Origin: Mobula hypostoma
Lineage: Eukaryota
Direction: 5' to 3'
Length of the DNA: 64,000 nt
NCBI RefSeq assembly: GCF_963921235.1
Contig: NC_086107.1
Location: 102,240,001 to 102,304,000 of the forward strand
The notes under the pieces were generated by a model. It was not told where the DNA came from. It saw nothing but the letters and a program-made list of their open reading frames with translations, and ran no database searches. Every line of letters begins with the position of its first letter. Positions within the stretch are counted from its first letter, which is position 1. The position numbers and the translations under genes are program-made. Shown piece by piece: positions 1 through 12,483 of the stretch.

Positions 1-990
1 GCCATTAATCAAGGATAGTCAGCATTAGTTTTTGTTTACACAAGGCCATGGGAATAATTTCACTGATTTTTTTTTTGAAGTAGGGACTCGTGTCACAAAA
101 ATTGGTGGTCTTTGGCTACATAATGACATAGATATTTCGATAAAATGGGGAGAGCAATGGCAGATGGAATTTAATCCCAAGGGAACATCAGAAGCCAGAA
201 GGAAAGCATTTAAATCTGTTATTTTGGATGCTATTTAATATGGGGTGATGGATCTGGAAAGACTACAGGGTAAGAAACTACCAAATGAATGATAGAAATA
301 GAGGAAGTGCTAAGGAACATTCAAAGATTCTGGAAGGCAGTAGTGGCCAGGAAAGGTTTAATTTTTTTAAAAACCAGAAACCTAGTCATGTCCTGCTACA
401 CTTCTCAAAGCAGGCTGGGATTAACACACTAGGATCTGGGGATTAATCTATGTTTAAGCCTACTAAAGCATCTCATACCTCCTCTTTTTCAATAATACAT
501 AAGATAGTTGACTTCACTATACAGTACATGGAATATAAAAAAGCAAAAAGGTTATGGCGCAGGCATACAAAACTTTAGTTTGCAACAACTACTGTATACA
601 GTAAAACACACAGGAAGGATGTGATTGCAACAGAAAGAGAGCTGAGAAAATTCACTTGGAAATTGTTTGGGATGGAATATTTTAGCAAAAAAGAGACTGG
701 ACAGTTTGTTTCCCGAAAACTGGAAGGGTGGGGGAAACGAATGTGATTGGACTATTACAGAATTCTGAGGGGCATGGACAGTGAGAAACCTCTCCCCTTA
801 GAAGACAGACATTTAAGGGGCACCTGATAAAGTGTTTTACTTCATCCAGATGGTGGATGAAATCTTAATTTCACTCCATGAGCAAGGTCCTCTTAACATT
901 TTAGTCTTTACATATTAAATAGAAGACTATGGACAAAGCTGGAAAATGAGATTAGCACAGAAAGGACACACTGGACTCAAAGGACTTCTG
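1..990 (+). mobile_element. Decayed CR1-type LINE fragment (RT and 3' end), intron 13
   Basis: Remnant peptides LIKDSQH and KWGEQWQMEFNP, with CR1-like 3' sequence. Boundaries approximate. Confidence 0.7.
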
Positions 991-1704
991 CTCTATCACT
1001 CTTAAACTGATAAAATCTGCAACACCCAGGAGCAGTTATAACTAGCTGTTCCCTTTCCTCTGCCATTTACCTGGGCAATCTGGCATACGATTCAACTGCT
1101 GCATATTTCTAAATTAGGAGGTGGTCTACTTATTTTGTTCTTTTCAGTTCTTTTGCTGTATTTTTCCCTTCAAAGCATGGATCTCTACATCTCTTATATG
1201 TGGACCAGGTAAGGCTGCAAATTTAATGAAAGCATAATGGTTGGTTCTGAGATATGGGTTTTACCCACAATTTCCCCCCGCTGTCACTGTGAAATGGTGA
1301 AGATGAGAGGAACAGTTGAAACTCCTTTCCTGACATTTTTCTACTGGCTTAACGATGACAATAATTTAAATGTAATTAAGCAATACATTAACATGGTGAC
1401 TTGAAGCCTATTAAGTAGAGATTGGAGAGAAAAAAAAAACAACCCCGTACTTTACCCAACCTATGCACAATACTGAATACATGACCATCATTTGATATGG
1501 ATTTAAACATGGTGAAATAATTCATTTCACATGGCTGCCCTGGAATTAATATTTGACATAATTTAACCAAGAGATTTTCCAGTATATTAATCAGATTTAA
1601 GATCTTGACTGTGGCACAGTCTTGAGACAGTGCTTAGTATATCTATACAGTTCTAAAATAGTAACCAACCACTGTGAATGCAAAGGAGGTACAAGATTTA
1701 ATAC

Positions 1705-1863
1705 CGGAGACATCACTGGCTGGTTGCTGGCTTGTGTCATGGTGGTACTACCAGAGTTTATTCCAGGAGAAGATACAGGAAACTGATTTGGGGTCAGAAA
1801 TTGATTCTGGCTGGGATGCTGTGTAGCTATTGGCTGTGCCATTCTGGAAGTGGTTAATCCCAT
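1705..1863 (-). CDS. EP300: EP300 exon 13 (MGLTTSRMAQP...QNQFLTPNQFP...QPVMSP); gene continues beyond the window
   Basis: 159 nt, gcacag|ATG and CCG|gtatta. Q/P/S-rich with a QFL..QFP motif like p300/CBP. Confidence 0.88.
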
Positions 1864-1889
1864 CTGTGCACAAAACAAAACATGTGGAT

Positions 1890-3500
1890 GTAAGCGATAG
1901 GAGCCCATTCTCCTAACTTCTCCCTATAACCTTTGACACCCTTACTAATCAAGAACCTATCAACCTCTGCCTTAAATATTTCCAATGACACGGCCTCCAC
2001 AGTTGACTGCGGTAATGAATTCCACAGATTCACCATATTCTGGCTGAAGAAATTCCTCCTCATCTCTGTTCTAAAGGGATGTCCTTATACTCCGAGGCCG
2101 TGTCCCCATTCCTAGACTTCACTATAGGAAATATCCTCTCCCCTGCCTCACCCACCACTCAACCCATGCCTTTCAATATTTGATAGGTCCCCTTTGAGAT
2201 GAGATCCCCATTATTCTTCTAAGCTCCATTGAGCACAGGTTCGGAACCAAACACTCCTCATAAATTAACCCTTTCATTCCTGGGATAATTCTTATGAACC
2301 TTCTTGGTACCCTCTCCAATGCCTGCATATTCTTTCTTAAACAAGGGGTTCAAATCTTCTTTTATACTGTAAGTGTGGTCTAACCAATACTTTATAAAGC
2401 CTCAGCACTAATTCCTTGCTTTCATACTCTCTAGTCCTCTTGAAATGAATGCTAACAACTCTTAACTACAAATTATCCTTTAGGGAATCCTGCATCAGGA
2501 CTCCAAATTCCCTTTGCACCTCTGATTTCCGATTCTGCTTGTTTCGAAAATAGCCCATGCCTTTATACTTTCTACAAAAGTGCATGACTATACACTTTCC
2601 TAAACAGTATCCATCTGCCACTTCTTTGCCCATTCTCCTAATCTGTCCAAATCCTTCTGCAGACTCCCTGCTTCCCCAGCACTACTCCTCCACCTGGCTT
2701 TGTATCAACCACAAAGCCATCAATTCCATCATCCAGAACACTGACATACAAGGTGAAAAAATTAGTCCTAACACAGAACCCTGTAGAAAATCACTAGTCA
2801 CTGGTAGAAAATCAGATAAGCTCATTTTGTTCCTACTCTTTACCTCCTGCAAGACACCCAATCCTCTACCCATGCTGGTATCTTTCCTGTAATAACAAGG
2901 GTTATCATCTCATTTAGCAGCCTCATGGACAGCACCATCTTCTGAAAATGCAGATAACCAACATCCACTGACCCTCTCTTGTCTCTCCTGCCTGTTATTT
3001 CCTCAAAGAATTCTAACAGATTTGTCAGGCAAGATTTCCTCTTCAGGAAACCGTACTGACTTCAGTCTATTTTATCATGCACCCCAAGTATCCTGAAATC
3101 TCACCTTCAATAATGGATTCTAACACTTTGCAAACCACCAGCCAACAGGTCTATAAACTTCCTGTATTTTGCCTCCTTCCTTTCTTGTAGATTGGAGTGG
3201 CACTTGCAACTTTCAAGTCCTTCAGAACCATTACAGAATGTACTGATTCTTGAAAGATCATTTCTAATGCCTTCACAATCTCTTCAGCTGGTCCAGGTGA
3301 CTATCTATCTTCAGACTTTTTAGCTTCCCAAGTACCTTCTCCTTAGAAATATTAAATACACTCTTCTGCACCCCTCCCCCCATCGACATGCTTAAATTTC
3401 AGGCATACTCTTGGTATCTTCCACAGTGAAGCCTAATGCAAAATACTTATTCAGTTCGTCCACTATTTCTTTTATCGTCCATTACAACCTATCCTGTTTC
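1890..3500 (-). mobile_element. Decayed CR1-type LINE, intron 12, ending just upstream of the exon 13 acceptor
   Basis: ORF 1854..2063 RRNFFSQ..VNLWNSLPQ..VEA.SL.IFKAEVDRFL..KG.KGY is the CR1 ORF2 C-terminus. QGSVLG RT motif in ORF 2682..2873. Confidence 0.88.
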
Positions 3501-4083
3501 ACTTTTCAGCTGTACAATATCCACTCTTGCCTCTATTTTACTCTTTATAAGTCTGAAAAAAACACGTGGTATTCTCTTTTATATCATTGGCAACCTTACC
3601 CCCATATTTCACCTTTTCGCTCCTTATTGCTTTTTAGTTATCTTCTGTTGGTTTGTAAAAGCTTTTAATGCATTTAAAAGCATTCCATTCAATGCTTTAC
3701 TATGCTTGGTAGCAACTAGTTTCAAGATGGACTGCCATTTTTAAGTGGGTTGCCTTTTATTCCTTCACTGAGATTAACATACAGCGAAAACTTTATTCAT
3801 GGTATCATAACGAGTTTTACCATACAACAACTACGTTTTGATGTTCATTTAATCTGCTTTGAATGCAACTTGGCATAATGTAAGCCCTATATTCATTCAT
3901 AAGCTAAACTAGGCTTGGATTAAAACTGTTGAGGGCCAAATAAATAATAATCTAGTACTGAATATGCATCATTTAATAATAACAATCCTTAGTTTTGCTT
4001 CTAAAAACCGCCATAAATTTACCGACACTTGTGAAATGGAGAAGCTTTAAAGACAATTATGGCAGGAAAAATTCAAACCAAAC

Positions 4084-4196
4084 CTGATTCATGGGTCCTG
4101 TTTGCGTCATCTGTCCTGGATGGGGTAATGGAGGATTTAAGCGTTGTCCCAGACCACCCATCTGCATACTGCTCATTGGTGGAAATTGATTCATTC
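4084..4196 (-). CDS. EP300: EP300 exon 12 (GMNQFPPMSSMQMGGLGQRLNPPLPHPGQM...MNQ)
   Basis: 113 nt, tccag| and CAG|gtttgg. Frame consistent. Confidence 0.9.
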
Positions 4197-5468
4197 CTGG
4201 ATTGAACACAGTAACAAAACATGCACATTTTAAAATTAAAGAAAAATTAAACATTATTCAGACCAACACCAAAGAAATTGAAAATAGACAGAATTTTAAG
4301 TAGCCAGCAGAAACATTAGCTTCAAAATTGTCATCTCAAACCTGCTGGGAGATTCTTGTGCCCCAATTTTCCACAAATTTAACAAAAGCCTCTTTACACA
4401 ATTTTATATGGTTATATATAACGGCAGAATCTTGCATTTTAATACCTTCATTAAAAGTAATGAAAATAACGGGATCAAAATTCTTCTACCGTCATTACCA
4501 ACCAGCAACCTTCAGTATTTTACTTCAGCGAACGTTTCAAACACAAACTCTAGGAAATCTGTATTAATGTAATTTATCTAACAATTCAGGAGATCCAGGA
4601 GTACAAAATTATGAAAATGAATCCAATTAAATTTGGTAATATACAACTTGTTTCAGAAAATGTCAAGAAAACATCCGGTTTGCCAGTAACACCTTTAGTA
4701 ATGCCTCAAGAACTGAACTCACCACCTAACTACGTTGGTTAGCAAGTGAATCCACATAACAGTGCTACCACAGGCCAAAGTAGAACTGGTAGTGAATACT
4801 GTAAACCCCAAGACAAGTACTAAAGTAGATACTGAACTTCAATGTAGCCTTATTATATATTAACATGCAAGTATTTCAGCTGAATCTCCATATAAATTAA
4901 TGGAAAAATTGTATTAATGTAGAAAAATGCTACTATAGAGGCTTAAAATATCAGTAGATCAGTGCAACGTACAGTACATAGACATTTTTAAGTCCTTTGT
5001 AGAGCCTCAGTTTAGAATGTGTACTTCTTTTATTCACCGACATATAGCCTCTTCAACATTAGATGGTTATTTCCTTTAATCTATTGTGCTGAACCCCAAA
5101 TAACTCTGATACAACCATTGCACAAATAATTACAGCACACTGAAGATAAATGCCAATGAAACATCTTAAGAACTGTAGTTAAAATGGTAAAGCTATCACT
5201 GGTAACTCCTTAATTCATTCAAAAATCAGACTACCTATCTGCACGCTGTTGTAAATAAGGCAATTATCTTTTAACCACATAAATGAGAAACTACAAAAGA
5301 CATATTTATGACCAAACTGTACAAATCAATGTAATCATAAATACATTATTGCAGAGAGACTGAAGACTTTGAAAACAAGATGTGATAATTTTTAAAAATG
5401 TACAGCATAATTCAATAGACCAATCACAATTCTACACATGAAATGCATTTTGAAAAGTTTTGTTTTAC

Positions 5469-5546
5469 CACTTGGGGTCTGCATCCGGTTCATGATCTGA
5501 CTTGGCACATTTGGCCGCATAAGGGTTGGGTCAGAAAGTGGTCCAT
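5469..5546 (-). CDS. EP300: EP300 exon 11 (NGPLSDPTLMRPNVPSQIMNRMQTPS)
   Basis: 78 nt symmetric phase-1 exon, tttcag| and G|gtaaaa. Resembles p300 NGPLPDPSMIR. Confidence 0.92.
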
Positions 5547-7085
5547 CTGAAATGCAACAGGATCAGGTGTAAACTAAATGCAGTAAAATGTCAGAACAAT
5601 GCAAAAACAAGATACTTTACCTACCAAGTGAGCAGGGGAGGGTAGCAATACACTATTGCCAGGTATGTTAATTTTTTCTTTTGTTTTTTTTCACTATTTG
5701 TGTTTATAATAATTCTGGGTACTGTATATATGAAGACCTCTAAATCAAGTGTATTTTCACACAATATTAACAGCTTCAATCTTTATAAGTATATTAAAAG
5801 TGTACAAATATGTAGAAAGTAAGAATACACAACAGGTTTTTAAACATTGTCTGTGGAGATGCATTATCTGACATCCATGGCTGGTTTCTCCTTCTAGTGA
5901 CAGTCATCTTCCAAGCAGGAACACTACGTACATAACCCCAATAGCACTGCTAAGGAGTAACAATGCTCATTCTTTTGTTTTGTAATGGCTCACTTAAGAG
6001 CCCTTCTTCCTCTGCAGAAGATACGGAGAGAGGTATCCAGCTTTAATTTGAAAATGTGCATATGCACAATGCATTCTAAACTGAGAAAAAACGAATAGGT
6101 TATCACTTTCAGAAGAGGATGCAACATCCGCACTCAAGAAAAACACACACTCACTAGCCCGCTCAATGTCTTCTCTAATCCAATGCAATTATGACCTTCA
6201 ACTTCCATTAGTCATTAAAAATACTGCAATTAAGAGTACAATTCCCAAGACCAGGTGCAAAGTTATAAGTTTATTATAACTGTTAATAAAAGTTATACAT
6301 GAATCTTGAGATAATTTTAAATTTTGTCATGCACAGCTGTGAATGAGTACAATAATAAGAATGTGTCACCAAGTTGCTAAATTCAAGGCGTTTTCATATT
6401 TTGACCCCTTTTCTGACTTAAGGGCCAGACACTAAATGCTATATGTACCTTTTCTCTTTAAAGATGCTGATCAACAGGAACGACACCAGCACTTTTCCTA
6501 CTTTTACACCAAATACCTTCTTTGAGTTGTTAATAAAATACAGTAGCATTGAACACTTAAGTCCCAAGTCCCAAGCTGAATACTGCTGTGGACTAAGTGC
6601 ATGAACACAATGTCCAGCTCTTATCTGGAACTGAAACAACTTTATAGCAGGGGTCACCTAACAATGGTTTCCTTTATTAATCTAGGCTATTATAATGAAC
6701 ATGCTCTTTAACCAGCTTCATCAGACACCAGCTAATGAAGCTAATGTCCAAAAATTATTCATAAGTACACTGAATTATCAATTGCATTCTGTTTAATGCT
6801 TTCAAGAAGACAAACTTATTTTGTTAATAAACTGATTTGAGTTATGTGAATTAAAATGAGCAAGTCACTTCAATGACATGCCCAATAACTGAAAATTATG
6901 GTCATGTTTAATAATTAGCCAAAAAAGTGTATTTTTTTTTACATAATGGCCAAGTTACAGCACTATAAAAATGGAAAAAAATCCAGTCCTTCAACAATTT
7001 GCTTAATGTAAATGAACTGAAGTTCCATTAATGAATTCACATTTCAAGAAATGTTATGGAAGTGTGTAAAACTCTGGCTTCTTAC

Positions 7086-7260
7086 TTGGAGGGAGTCCAC
7101 TCTGCAACTGTGTCATGCTAGGGGGCTGGGCTCCTCCTGTAGATAACAGACCACTTTGGTTTGGCATCACACCCTGTTTCTGTAACCTAGTGCGGCGCTT
7201 TTCTTCAAGTTCTTTCTGAATCTTGTAGATCTTCTCAGCCAGCAGATGATAGTACTCAGC
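7086..7260 (-). CDS. EP300: EP300 exon 10, end of KIX (AEYYHLLAEKIYKIQKELEEKRRTRLQKQ...)
   Basis: 175 nt, ttcag| and A|gtaaga. AEYY and RRTRLQKQ distinguish p300 from CBP (DEYY, RRSRLHKQ). Confidence 0.97.
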
Positions 7261-7604
7261 CTGAATTTACAAAGATAAATTTGTTTTTATTTTAATACAA
7301 GGATGTCAAGAAACTCTGATTATTACAAACAAAAAAGCAGCAAGATCAGAGAAAGGAATGAACCTAGAGGTTCCAAAAGAGAGCAGTACAAATTAGTGGC
7401 TTCCTTGCCTGCTACCAGTGTACATTTGAACCTAATGCAAAAGTGGCAATGTTTCCTTTTCATTCACAAGCTGTTATAATAGCCCCATGCATTCTAACTC
7501 TGTAAAGAAAATATGACCATAGAATTGCTATTAGCTTGTTTGACCAGAGTATTGCATCCTTTTACATGGTTGAAGTAATGACACTAATGAAATGCTGGCC
7601 TATA

Positions 7605-8324
7605 CACTCAGTGGCCACTTCATTAGGTACACATGCTTGTAATGCAAATATCTAATCAGCCAATGATGTGGCAGCATCTCAATGCATAAAAGCATGCAGA
7701 CATGGTCAAGAGGTACAGTTGAATCAGAATCAGGTATATGTCTTAAAAGTTGTTATTTTGCAGCAGCAATACATATTAATAAAAGACTATAAATCACATT
7801 ACAAAATATGTACACAAACTTAAATCTGTAGTGCACAAAGAGGAAAAACAAAATGAGGTAGTGTACATCGAGAAATCTCATGGCAGAGGGGAAGAGGCTA
7901 TTTCTGAAATGAGCTTGTCTTCAGGATCTTGTACCTCCTCCTTGATGGTAGTAATGAGGAGTGGACCTAGGTGATGGGGGTCCTTAATGATGGATACTGC
8001 CCTTTTGAGACATTGCCTTTTGAAGGTGTCCTCAATGCTGGGAAGGCTAGTGCCCATGTTGGAACTGGCTGAGTTTACAACCTTCTGAACATAAACTGCT
8101 GTTTAGACAAAACATCAGAATGGGGAAGAAATGTTATCCAAGTGACTTTGATTGTGAAATGATTGTAGGTGCCAGATAGGGTAGTTTGAGTATCTCAGAA
8201 ACTGATCTTCTGGAGTTTTCACATGGAATGTTTTACAGAGAATGGCATGAAAAACAAGAAAAAAGAACACCCGGTGAGGAGCATTTCTGTGGCTGGAGAT
8301 ACTTAATAAATTGGCCACTGATTG
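7605..8324. mobile_element. Non-autonomous Tc1/mariner element with a nested LINE 3' fragment (about 7722-8095, minus)
   Basis: TA|CACTCAGTGGCCACTTCATTAGG ... TAATAAATTGGCCACTGATTG|TA inverted termini with TA duplication. The insert starts with an aatcagaatcagg tail. Confidence 0.8.
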
Positions 8325-8399
8325 TAAATGTCATACAAAAACACATCCAGAGTGTTGACAGTCAGCTCATGTACCTCACCTCCAGATGGATAAATTGCT

Positions 8400-8815
8400 C
8401 TTAGAGAGAACGTAGGATAGATTTACCACAGTGAAGAGAGCTTGCAAATTAGGGTCAAAATTCTTTGAATTTGAGGAAGATTGACTTAATCAAAGTTTTA
8501 TCAGTATTAAGAGAATCCATTAGTCTGACAGCACTATTACCTTGGAGGCGGGCAGAGGCAGAGAGACTTCCATAAATTGCCGATAAATAGCCTATTTTTG
8601 AAGGATGGTTGTTGTTTTGAACTCTTCCACACTTCTCTATGGACATTAGGTTAATCGCTGATTTTAAATATTGGCTGAGGACTTCTTTTTTTCCAAACCA
8701 AGATTTAAGGGATATGGAGAAAAGGCAGAGCTATAGAGATAGACTAGCCATGACCTCAATGAATGCTTGTATAGGCTCAAAGAGCTAATTGGCCTATTCG
8801 CATTCTTATTAGTTA
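8400..8815 (+). mobile_element. Decayed CR1 3' end
   Basis: taagggatatggagaaaaggcag...agccatgacctcaatgaatg...tggccta resembles the other CR1 3' ends in the window (31990-32110). Confidence 0.6.
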
Positions 8816-9059
8816 TTTAAATATACCTATTTTTGATAAAAGTACAGAATGGTTGTAACGGGTACTATTCACTTAACAGTTCTATATCATTTAATCTATA
8901 ATTAGTATTCTGTGCAATTCATTTTTCAAATAGTTCACAACATACATGCTTGCACATTTAACATAATAGACCAGAAAGAAACAATCCCAGGTTTTCCACT
9001 ATAACAAGTTGAAACTATTACACTTATTACCCCTAGAAAAATAATAAATTATGACTTAC

Positions 9060-9177
9060 CCTGCTGTTGGCAGACTCATACATGTCACCTTCGACTTTTC
9101 TTGCATAAGCCACCAGGTTTTCCATTCGCCTGTCTTTTAACGCTGCTGGATCAGGTGTTGGGAATATGGCTTGAACT
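9060..9177 (-). CDS. EP300: EP300 exon 9, KIX ([40 protein letters not shown])
   Basis: 118 nt, tgcag| and AGG|gtaagt. YARKVEG is p300-type. Confidence 0.97.
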
Positions 9178-9452
9178 CTGCATTAAATGAAGTAATGATT
9201 TAAAACTTAGGTGCAAACTAGGCAAAATTTTTTGAAGTGAACTTGAAACAGGCAGCATTAAACTTTAATTTAAATGGCAGTTTCCTTAAAAATCCATAAT
9301 TGTCAATTTAGCCACCTTCAAATTTAATTCAGTCACAAATTTAGCATGTGACACTGCACTGCACACAGAACATACTTATTTTGCATGCAGAAAACATTAT
9401 TAACAATGTATTTAGAACAATAAAACAAAGCACAATGAGGTAGCCATGTTCT

Positions 9453-9790
9453 ATTCAAAGTAAATCTATTATCAATGCAGATGTGTCACCATATACTACC
9501 CTGAAATTCATTTTATTGCAGGCATTCATGGTAGAACAAAGAAATACAATAGAATCATTGAAAAACTACAAAGGCTGACAAACACAATGTGCTAAAGACA
9601 AACTGTACAAATGCAAAGAAACTCAAACTATAAACAAATAAATGCTGAGAACATGAGTTGTACAGTCTTTGAAAGTTGAGTTTTTAGATTGTGAAATCAG
9701 TTTGGTGTTGAGGTGAGAGAAGTTGACCATGCTGGTTCAGGAGCCTGATAGTTAAAGAATAATAATTGTTCCTGAACCTGGTGGTGTGGT
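9453..9790 (-). mobile_element. Rex1/Babar-like LINE 3' end, intron 8
   Basis: The reverse complement matches the 3' ends at 18730-19060 and 62360-62705 (caccaccaggttcaggaac..., gataata.atttactttgaa). Confidence 0.8.
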
Positions 9791-11474
9791 GTCAAATGTC
9801 CGCAGTATCAAATATCCCACAACAGGGGTATTTCAAGGGAACTTAGTTACTGAAAAGCTTTCCATTATTCTATACATTTATTGCCCTCTACAGTTAAGCT
9901 ATACATTGAAGCAATTTTGCCTCTTCCGGATCCCATCAGTTCCTTCTTGCTGCTTCCCCCCCCCCCCATAGCTTTGTAAACCTTTCCCCTTTCCAATATT
10001 CATCCAACAGTTTCCTTCTGAAAATTGTTAATAAATCTGCTACTATCATCTTTTCAGACTTTTGCACTGTGGAAATGTCATTTTTCTTCACATTGCACCT
10101 GGTTCTTTGGCCGAGAATCTTATATTGGTAACTTCTGGTTACTGCTTCATCTGACTATAGAAGCAGTTGTTCCTCCTCACTCTATTAATACCATCTGTGA
10201 ATTTGAATGTCTTTATCAAAACTTCTTTAATGCTTCTCTAATCAAAGAAAAACATTTAGCTTCTTCAGTTTTCACAAAACTGGAGATTCTTAGACAGCTA
10301 TGATTCGTGTAGGCTTCTTTATCAGCCTTTTTTAGGGCTTGAGATCCTTCCTAGAGCATGATTAACTTTATGTACTTTCCTCTCTCAGCTTCCATTGACA
10401 AAACTAAAGATCTTAAAAAGACGTTACAATTTGAAACAGACATACACATACATGCCAGGTTGTTGTTCTGAATTCCATTTTAAAACTATACTTCTCATTT
10501 ACTTGGCTTATCGCTCTTATTCAAAAAACGTGTTTCTACTTTAATCTGTTACCTATCCAATTTATTACATCTTCCAAAAGTTCAATGATTTATTCATTTA
10601 CTACATTTCTAATTGCTTATATCCCATCCCCTGCTCATCTATAGCAATCTAAAATAAGATTTTATTATTATAAGGAGGACTAGATTTTGCTGTACCATGA
10701 GTCACAACTGCACATAATTGGCAGCAATTTTTGGGACATCACTGGGGACAGTACGGTGCAGCAAATCCAGAATATATTGAGGAAGTGAAAAGCTGCAGTG
10801 GGCTACATCAGATGGAGTGGGAATGCATGCAACAGATCCTGTGCTGATCAGAGGCAGTGCTGGAAATGCTTCCTTATTTGATTTGAGTAGAAGAAAATAG
10901 CCTCAAGAAACTCTAATTATTCTTATTCTTGGTAAAAAAAAACCCAAAGTTTCTTCAGTGTTAAATATTTTAAAGTTAATTTTTAAAAATAGATTTTAAT
11001 GCTTCTGAAACATATAAAACATTGCACCCTTAACTATCCATATTAAGATTGGCCTGTCAGTCCTTTTATAATTAAGGCTAGTTTAGACTACACCTCTCAA
11101 TGTATCAATTATATCCCAAAGCCTTTGACACACAGAACATTATTGTGAATAACCCCCTATAGTTTTCTCCATTCCTGCTGAGAGGATTACTTCAGTTACA
11201 TTTGTATAAAACTAAACACAAGCTTGCTGCGTACTGCAAAATCTAGCCCAATATTATTACGTAGCCTTGGAAAATAAGACAAATGTTGTACTAGAATTAA
11301 AACAATTGTCAACAGAAAAGGACAGTTACAAATATGAAGGAGCAGCCAAGATTACAAGGATGTTGAGAAAAGTAGTTTGCATGTTTTAAGTATTATTCAC
11401 ATGTACAGTCATTTAATGTGATTGCCAAGGCAATTAACATTTGACTATCATGAATAAATTATAACCTTACTTAC

Positions 11475-11612
11475 AATTTGTGCACAAGATGATTGCGTAG
11501 GTCCTGAGTGACATCTTCATGCCATGATTTCCGAATGCCAGTACTTGAAGGGGGTGTTGCTGTTGGCACCGCATTTAGATTGCTAACACCTGTGCCATCG
11601 CTTAACATTTGG
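11475..11612 (-). CDS. EP300: EP300 exon 8, start of KIX (GIRKSWHEDVTQDLRNHLVHK)
   Basis: 138 nt, ttttttag| and |gtaagt. KIX helix 1. Confidence 0.97.
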
Positions 11613-12374
11613 CTAAAAAAATCAAAAATTGACATCTGTTATACAGTAGAAAAGAAAAGCACATTTTAACATCTCCCCTATACAGACTTCAAATCATTCT
11701 GTACATTCAGGGTACAGCAATGAACGAGCATACAAATAATACTTAATTCCGCAGTTCAGCCGCACAGGATAGATTTGACAACAGAACTTATAAAAGGTAA
11801 TGAATCTCCTAGCTACAAAGTCAACACTGGCAATCAAAATGGATTTTACATGTTCACACTGAAAGATATGTAGTGAAAATATATGAAACAGTACATGCTG
11901 GATTAGACTATTTAATTGTTATTTTCTTTGCAGTTTAACAATTATCTGCTTGTATTTTATATAATTACTTACACAAACATGCATGTTTCCTAATGGCTAC
12001 AGTATGTATATATAGTTGCTCAGTGTGTCCCCTAGTGGTTACATTTGTATAATTCTGGAAAGCTCAGGAAGCTTCCCTGGTGCTGCATTATTGGAATAAG
12101 GTGTATCTCGTTGGCTGACTCTTATCTGCAAATCTGAATGGAATGTTTCTTATGTATGTGTTTAAAAGAGCTGACCATGAGGCAATGCCATCTCTTAGTC
12201 TTTGTTCCGCCTTCTGTTCCTGTTACTGCCCATTTTCCAATTTTCTTTTTCTCTATTAACATCTTAACAAAATGATTGTGAAGCAACAAGTTTTGTGTCT
12301 CTTTCCTGACTAAAAAATTTTGGATTAAAAACATCAGAATCCAACAGAGACGGAAAATGAATCTTCAGACTTAC

Positions 12375-12483
12375 TTTGATGGAGTCATGGATGGCAGCAA
12401 CATAGCATCATGCAGTAAGCTGGATTGCTGAGTGGAGGCCTGCACACCCACATTATTTCCATTTACACCCATCTGATTGGTAC
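12375..12483 (-). CDS. EP300: EP300 exon 7 (GTNQMGVNGNNVGVQ...LLHDAML...)
   Basis: 109 nt, tttgtag| and |gtaagt. Phase 1 to 2 keeps the frame. Resembles p300 MGVNGGVGVQ. Confidence 0.9.

Noticed and set aside
11588..11602. 15-nt identity (AGCGATGGCACAGGT) between exon 8 and the exon 1 donor
   Set aside because: One or two 15-mer matches are expected by chance in 64 kb. The following GTGTTA is a poor donor.
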